Shown here one piece after another: positions 56,553-64,000 of a DNA stretch of 64,000 nucleotides; within the stretch, counting starts at the first letter, position 1, and each line of letters begins with the position of its first letter. The DNA lies in NCBI GenBank assembly GCA_951406725.2, contig OX597814.1, positions 49,910,001 through 49,974,000 of the forward strand. The letters are read 5' to 3'. The notes under the pieces were generated by a model, which worked only from the letters and a program-made list of their open reading frames with translations, was not told where the DNA came from and searched no databases. Source of the DNA: Octopus vulgaris (lineage: Eukaryota). Position numbers and translations under genes: made by a program.

Positions 56553-56879
56553 AAGGGTAAAGACCCCCTTCGGTCATGAATGACCATGGGATTGCACCTA
56601 GAAAGTTACCCTCCTAGACACAAGTCCGGGCAAGGTTGTTTATGGAAGACCAGCAGTCGCCCATGCATACAAGCCTCCCTCTCCACGCCACCAGTGTTAT
56701 CCAAGGGAAAGACAAAGGTCGATACAGCTTGGCACCAGTGACGTCGCAACTCATTTCTACAGCTGAGTGAACTGGAGCAACGTGAAATAAAATGCCTTGC
56801 TCAAGAACACAACACGCAGCCCGGTCCGGGATTCGAGCTCACAACCTCACGATCGTAAGCTCGACGCTCTAACCACTGA
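56553..56879 (-). mobile_element. Young SINE family C copy, lacking the first ~15 nt
   Basis: About four differences from 54406-54729 by eye. Confidence 0.92.
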
Positions 56880-58928
56880 TATACATATATATATATATAC
56901 ATTGTGGAATGAAATATGTAAAAAGAGGTATATTCAAGATTAAGTATCCTGATAGTGAAATCCTTCCATCTTATTCACATAGAGTACCCACCCACTCAGG
57001 TAGATAAACAAAATGTGTTTTTCGTTTCCAAGAAGTGTGACATCTCTTACCTTGTCAGCCACTGCCGTTCACTCTCAATTTCAAAATCATAAAGATGATA
57101 GAGACAGTGGGAAATGACATCTTTTATCACTTTAAGTCATTCGCTCTACTCAGTGACCGCTTTTATGAATGAGTCGACTTTATGGTAATTAAGCTTATTC
57201 CGGTATTGATATTAATATATTTATTAGGCATTGCCCTTGATCAACGTATATTCTATGTAATAAATTATTATCAAATAATAGACCAAATTCATGTGATATT
57301 AAATAATGCTAATATTGATTTCTTTTAATAAAGCGTAAAGCCAATTTTGGTAAATGAGGTTTATTGATGATTGAAACTGATATCAATATAATACTGGTGA
57401 TTGAAACTGACATGAACCAACGAGAAAGTCACCAAGTGGTTATTTGTTCTGCTAGAAATAACACTCAAATATCCTTCAAATCTATCTCTACCGTCATATA
57501 TAAAACAAGATTACATTGAATAATGTGATACTGGGAAAAGGCGAGACGCTCAATGCTGGAGTTCCCGTGGTTGTAGATGCGCTTGTTTGTGTCAGAGTTA
57601 ATTCAGACTTAACAGCTGCATTATTGAGAACAATATCAGCTTTTGGTTCCAGAAAACAAGAGAAGTCCGTGTTAATATGCGATGTATTTGAACCCAGAAA
57701 TGTGAGGTTAAAATTATATATCTATCCTCGATTTGCAATAAGACCGTGAATTCTCACGAATAACGAGCAAGTCACGAGAAATGGCAATGTTTTTATATAT
57801 AGTTTACTGTCTTATTAATCTATAGTCATATTTCAGCAGAAATACTAAGTAGATCTAGATCAGGTTTAATCAAATAGATCTGTGTTCAAAAGCGTTGCAA
57901 CCGTAATCATTTCAATCTACAATTAATGTATGCAAAAATACATTGTGATCTTTCTTTTCTAAGATTGTTGAGTATGACTGAAGGTAATTTGGATGGTGTT
58001 TCAGGCAGATTTAGCGATAGATAAGACTATCTCTGGAGATGATAGAATACGTACCAATTTTATGAAATGTTGTTATGGAACGCCGGTAAGCAATCTTCAT
58101 ATACCATATGATGTACATTTGGTTGGGGACCCAGAATGAACGGGTTTACCGTATAGATGATGGTGCTGTATGACCGCTTAGGTACGTTGTGTTTTCGCCA
58201 TTTCGCCAATATCCATTGAGTTACTATATACTTGTATACTTATATAGGAATATATAAATAGTCATGAATACTAGCGGGATACGTGAATATTTCATGGAAT
58301 TAATGGTAAACCTATTGGGTTACTTCTGAAAGTTTATCAAAATACCTGAAAACGTAGCCTGTGTTCTGTCTGTATGGAAACAGTCGCTCATCTGCTACTC
58401 AATGAAGAGTAAAAGAAATTGGAATACGACGATTACTTAATGCACTTTATATATACACTTCATATAATTTATGCTCAATTTTATAGACTTAATACACAGC
58501 ACTCATAAAATAAATATTCACTCTTATTTTTCCCTTTTTTCCATAAAAAATATCCCGTATATATGATACAACCTTTAGTTAAATTGCATATATCTGCCAC
58601 ATAAATAACCATGAATATTTCACGGAAGTGCACTTATGCGCATGCATTAAGTGATAGGTGATATAAAAAACTTAGTTCACTATCCAATTACCACCGCTAC
58701 CTCTGCCACCTATTTTATCTTCAGTTTCTTTTACTGTTTTCAGTTATTTGACCGAAGCCATATTAGACACCGTCTTTGAAAGGACTCCGATGCTTGTTTT
58801 AGCCTGTTACTTATTTTCTATTTATCTACTGAGAGGCTAAGTTGCCTTTTTGACTGCACACAGTATTTTAACTGGTGGTGTGATAATACAAATACGAATA
58901 CAGTCACAGCCACACATATTAATATGTT

Positions 58929-59008
<80 letters not shown>

Positions 59009-59013
59009 GTATG

Positions 59014-59047
<34 letters not shown>

Positions 59048-59819
59048 TGTATGTATGTATGTATGTATGTATGTATGTATCTATCTATCTATAGGATGGT
59101 TTCTGTCTAATAAATAGCGCGTTACTTTGTGATAGTTTGTTAATTATATCGTTCATGCTTCCTTCAAATTTGTTTATTTTCACTCCTCGAGTGCAATGTA
59201 TTTACTAAAGCATATATCTATTAGAAGGACCCCAGCTAAATCTCTTTTATATTATACTCTACTATACTGGATGATAGATTTGATTTGTCCTCAAATTTAC
59301 CACCACGACCTGAATGCCTTTAGAATTCACTTTGTTACAAGTATTCGGGACAGGTTGCATATTTAAGCATAAAAATTTCTTCCCACTGGTCTCAGATACT
59401 CAAAAAATAATCACGGGGCTGTCCTTCCGCTTTTGGTTAAGCCCTTAAGGAATACAAATCTGAAAAATAAAAGAGACAGAATATCCACGGCTGAAGCGCC
59501 CTCGGCGTATTTCTGTTTGATCTGTTATCCTATGTAGTTTATTTAGTCATAAAACAACTCTGAAAACCCATGGGATAATTTCTTCATTCCTGACATTAAA
59601 ATTGTTATTTGAGCTATACATTATACATAAATATTTTTAAAATATCGATGATTATGTACTAATATCTACTACAGTATCATGTGGTATATTATTCATATTA
59701 GTTTACGAAAGATATTTGCTTAGTCTATAAGTATAGATTGTAATGAAACACTCCATTTTGGGGCTCGACCAGCTAGACATTTTAGTCTCATCTTATCATC
59801 TCTTAAGAAAGGACATATT

Positions 59820-60218
59820 CTTTTCTACTCTAGGCACAGGGCACGAAATTTTGGATGGGAGGGCCTAGTCGATTAGATCGACCCCAGTAAGTAACTAGTA
59901 CTTAAATTATCGACCCTTGAAAGAATGAAAGGCAAAGTCGACCTTGCCGTAAGTTGGACTCAGAACGTAGCGGCAGACGAAATACCTATTTCTTTACTAT
60001 CCATAAGGGGCTAAACACAGAGATGACAAACAAGGACAGACAAACGGATTGAGTCGATCATATTGACCCCAGTGCGTAACTGGTACTTAATTTATCGACC
60101 CCGAAAGGATGAAAGGCAAAGTCGACCTCGGCGGAATTTGAACTCAGAACGTAACGGCAGATGAAATACGGGTACGCATTTCGCCCGGCGTGCTAACGTT
60201 TCTGCCAGCTTGCCGCCT
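59820..60218 (-). mobile_element. SINE family B, one full copy plus a partial copy in tandem
   Basis: atgaaaggcaaagtcgacct..actcagaacgta occurs at ~59925 and ~60110. Confidence 0.87.
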
Positions 60219-61412
60219 TTAAGACAAGGAGACATTGCTAAAGTAATTCTAGATATATTACCAGAAAATTAGACAGGATGGTCCTGGCAGAAGTGCATTG
60301 ATCATAGAACTGCTGAAGAGGAGTTATCCTAGGGCTAAACAAAAATTTTGTAAAACCAGTTTTCATTTCAATACAAAACTGTGATTGCGGCTCGATCTTC
60401 TCACATTTTTGCTGATAGCAAGAAAGAAATTATGCGGATACAGGGGGTATACATACTTCAATGGAAAAAGAAAATGTTTATTTTAGTGTTTTTCTATTTA
60501 TTTATTGGATCTTACTGAGCTTTGTATTTCATTTTGGTCTTGTGATTAGGAAATGCATGCTGATTAAACGTTTTTTGAGAAGTTACGCTGCAAAGCTCAA
60601 TATCGAAACCCCTAACCTGATGGCTAGAGTTCGGTGTTAATGTCATGCATTTGACATTAGTACTTAAGGGAGTAGTTTTTAATTTATCGAATTAGCAACA
60701 ATAACAGATCAAGTGAACAGAATTACCTTTTTGTAACGTTGAAAATGTATCCAATATGAATAATCATTTGGTTAATATATAAAACAACAATTAAAAGCTT
60801 TTAGGATACGGTAAATAGGAAAATTCCCCGTGTGGTTTAACGGAACATTTATCTAATTATTACTTGCTTTGGTTCGTAACCCCTGCCACATTTAATTTAC
60901 GATTAGATAAATTGCATGTAGATTGCGATCGGTCAACATGAATTCAACTGCATATTAACATATGCTCCTTACTGATTGGTGACATTTAAGGCCTTTAGTT
61001 CATTGACTACATAGAAAAGGTTTCACCACAAGTGAAATATAGTTGTTTAGTCAACAGTTCCATTGTATCTTACTCCTCTGAGAATCGTCGGCAGTATCAA
61101 TTCGACGCCTCTGTTGCATCTTAATTTCCTGGAAATATTACTAATAAACGCTTTTTTTTTCATATGAAATAATATAACACCGCTCGTCTGATTTCCAAAT
61201 CGCGCAAATTTAGAGGAGAAACACAATTAGATTGGATATTAGTCGTTATAATCATTTTTGATTATTTCAAAGCAGAATTTGCTTTGTCATCTGAGACAGT
61301 TTTGTTAGACTTTCGTCAAAGCTCGTTAGCTCACAAAGGGTCTCAACTTGAAGGGGATTTTACATTATTATGTAATTCTGTCAATCAAATAATGTTAACA
61401 CGATACGCGATC

Positions 61413-62040
61413 CAACGAGAAAGCCCTTTATGCGGTCGCTCGATCAGCTAGAAATAGTAGCCAAATATCTTCAAGCTGCACATTTCCGTCTTAAAATGCA
61501 AGGACATGTTCAAGAATGTAGGTCTAATTGTACAAAACAAAAATAATGGCAGAAATGCATTTAAGTATAGGTTTGCTGTTTTGTGATGACAAAACAATAG
61601 CAGTAATCCAATGGTCATGTTAACGTGAGGATCTTCTAAGTGGTCTCTCGATCTGCTGTCTTTCTTGAATCACACTGTATCGTCTTGACAAGTGGAAGAG
61701 ACAATGGATATCATGGTTCAGAATGTATAAAAAGATAGGCTTGTTACTCTGTAATACCCTTGACCTAGGTCTGCCTGATCAAAAGGCTGACCAGAGGCTA
61801 AACAGGGCAACAACTTGAAAGTAAGGAGTCCTTACATGCTTAATCAACCTGCTAAAAACATAGTCAAACTCGTTTGAACCACAATCTGTCGTCTAAAATA
61901 AGTAAGGGATATTTTAAAGTAGTCCTATAGACTATTCAATATATAAGATGGTCCTAATTGCATTGCCTTTGAACATAGGTCTATTCGACAAACTGAACTT
62001 GCGGTTAAACAACAATAGCAACAACAACAAAATCAACAGC
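61413..62040 (+). repeat. Three tandem, highly diverged copies of an old ~210-bp dispersed repeat ending in (g)ctaaacaacaac
   Basis: Recurring gtggtc.ctcgatc.gctagaaa..cgtctt..a..ataggt.tgct motifs; other degenerate copies near 33660, 46100, 46600, 57415, 57840 and 59760-60345. Confidence 0.55.
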
Positions 62041-62047
62041 AGTAACA

Positions 62048-62525
62048 GTGGAGGCGCAATGGCTCAGTGGTTAGGGCAGCGGACTCGCGGTCGTAAGAAC
62101 GCGGTTTCGATTCCCAGACCAGGCATTGTGAGTGTTTATTGAGCAAAAACACCTAAGCTCCACAAGGCTCCGGTGGGGGTATGGGGGTGAACCCCGCTGT
62201 ACTCTTACACCACAACTTTCTCTCATTCTTTTTTCCTATTTCTGCCACAAAGCAGAGGAACCATGGTGTAACCCACTATGGCGTGGTAAACTTTCAGACC
62301 CTAGTCTAGATTGCGAATCCTCTGTATCCCAGGATGTTTCAGCTCTCCACCCGTTAAAAGCCACTGTTTACAGAATGAGGATAACAACGTAGATTTCGCG
62401 CCCGTGCAACCGCCAGTCTATCGCGTGTGGTGGATGGATCTTCAAGTTGCAACACGCATTCTTAGTAGCTTAGAGTAGGCTCGAATTAGAAATTATTCTT
62501 TGTGGCTAATGGCGTGGGTCCTGAT
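62048..62525 (+). mobile_element. tRNA-derived SINE (distinct body)
   Basis: tggctcagtggttaggg A-box, ggtttcgattccc B-box, tttattgagcaaaaacacct core; ends before (GAA)n. Confidence 0.75.
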
Positions 62526-62690
62526 TGAAAGAAGAAGAAGAGAGCAGCAACAGTAACCACAACAAAAACAAAAAATATGTCAAAGCAGTTAATTTCAAAT
62601 ATAATTAACTTATATTAATTAGATCAGTATTGTTTTTCCCATTCACTATTTTTACTAATATTTAAACATGTTCCCCAAAAGAATCTTTCT

Positions 62691-62920
62691 TATTTCTGTA
62701 TTGCCCACAAGGGGCTAAACATAGAGGGGACAAATACGGACAGACAAGGGGATTAAGTCGATTACATTGACCCAGTGCGTTACTGGTACTTAATTTATCG
62801 ACCCCGAAAGGATGAAAGGCAAAGTCGACCTCGGCGGAATTTGAACTCAGAACGTAAAGACAGACGAAAAACTGCTAATCATTTCACCCGGCGTGCTAAC
62901 GTTTCTGCTAGTTCGCCGCC
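62691..62920 (-). mobile_element. SINE family B with a clear target-site duplication
   Basis: ccaaaagaatctttct at 62675-62690 and 62921-62936 flanks the copy. Confidence 0.92.
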
Positions 62921-63327
62921 CCAAAAGAATCTTTCTGATTAGATTATCACAGAAAAAAAAAAAAGATTAAGTTGAATGAATCAGCAACAAGAGAGGGAAG
63001 AAAATATTATATGGTGTAGGCGTTAGGTTGAAGTTAATAACATGAACATAAAAATATCGGGAGAAGATATTCCTACAACACGGGTGGCCGTTTAATTACT
63101 GATGTAACGTTACACAATATTTAAGGTACGGAACGAATTTCATATAAATGAATAATAGATAAAACTGATATTTTGAATTTCATAAATCTGCAGGTGTCTT
63201 TAATCAATAAAAAACATTTTCCCTTCACTTTCAATTGATGGATTGATTTTAGCTACCAAGCCATCGATGGAAATATATACGTGCTCATGTTCATGCGCGC
63301 ACACGCGCGCACACACACACACACACA

Positions 63328-63370
<43 letters not shown>

Positions 63371-63602
63371 TAATGCTTGTTTTTATGTTCAGTTATAATT
63401 AATCTGATGGGTTACTCTTCGCTTTTGTAGAGAATGTTGTTGAGGCCTGCTCAACGACGATGGCTTAGCTGTTCGACACTTCGAAGTCACTGTCAACAAC
63501 ATACTTATAATATCTATCTATCTATCTATAATATATATATATATATACATTTACATACACACACGTATACACACACAGACACATACACTCACAATATATA
63601 TA

Positions 63603-63655
<53 letters not shown>

Positions 63656-63672
63656 TATATATATATATATAC

Positions 63673-63728
<56 letters not shown>

Positions 63729-64000
63729 AGTTCAAATTTACAGAAAAGAAAAGACGAAGACAGGTGTAGGAACAACAAGTAGGTGTATTAGTTTAACGCT
63801 TGGGAAAAATGGAAAAGTCTTTAGCGTTTCGAGCCTACGCTCTTTGGCAGAAAGGAATAAGAGGAAAAATGGAGAGAGAATGAATAAAAACGGAGAAAGA
63901 AAAACTGTGTAGAGTTCAGCGGTCCAACCTGGCGAGATGACTGGGAAAGAAAGAGGCTGAATAAAAGAGAGATAATAATAAAAAGAGGTTGAATGAAAGG
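63729..64000 (-). mobile_element. Penelope-like terminal remnant with mutated hammerhead motif (63817-63855), runs off window
   Basis: Minus strand cttt-CTGCCAA-a-gagc gtag gctc-GAAA-cg-CT-aaag; homologous to 20368-20497. Confidence 0.7.

Overview
AT-rich eukaryotic non-coding DNA, either intergenic or inside a very large intron. It is most likely an octopus (coleoid cephalopod) genome; this is inferred from the recalled SINE families and the extreme (AT)n/(ATAC)n/(AC)n microsatellite load, not from a database search. I could not support any host protein-coding exon, and most ORFs in the track are microsatellite translations. Recognisable content is decayed mobile DNA: two Tc1-like copies (DD36E spacing read in the first), mariner relics including a head-to-head 5'/5' fusion, a 5'-truncated RTE LINE with a ~65-bp flanking duplication, a near-full-length R4/Dong LINE plus three further Dong-like 3' fragments stacked in (TAA)n tracts, an L1/Tx1 5' half, a CR1-like 3' fragment, and about 15 tRNA-derived SINE copies of several families. 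The most interesting unexplained pattern is a set of short 100-750 bp cassettes sitting inside (TA)n tracts. They carry minimal hammerhead-ribozyme motifs (C[U/C]GANGA-stem-GAAA-palindromic stem III-NUH) and/or long near-perfect palindromes, consistent with Penelope-like element termini or retrozyme-like miniature elements. All alignments and folds were done by eye, and boundaries are approximate unless stated.
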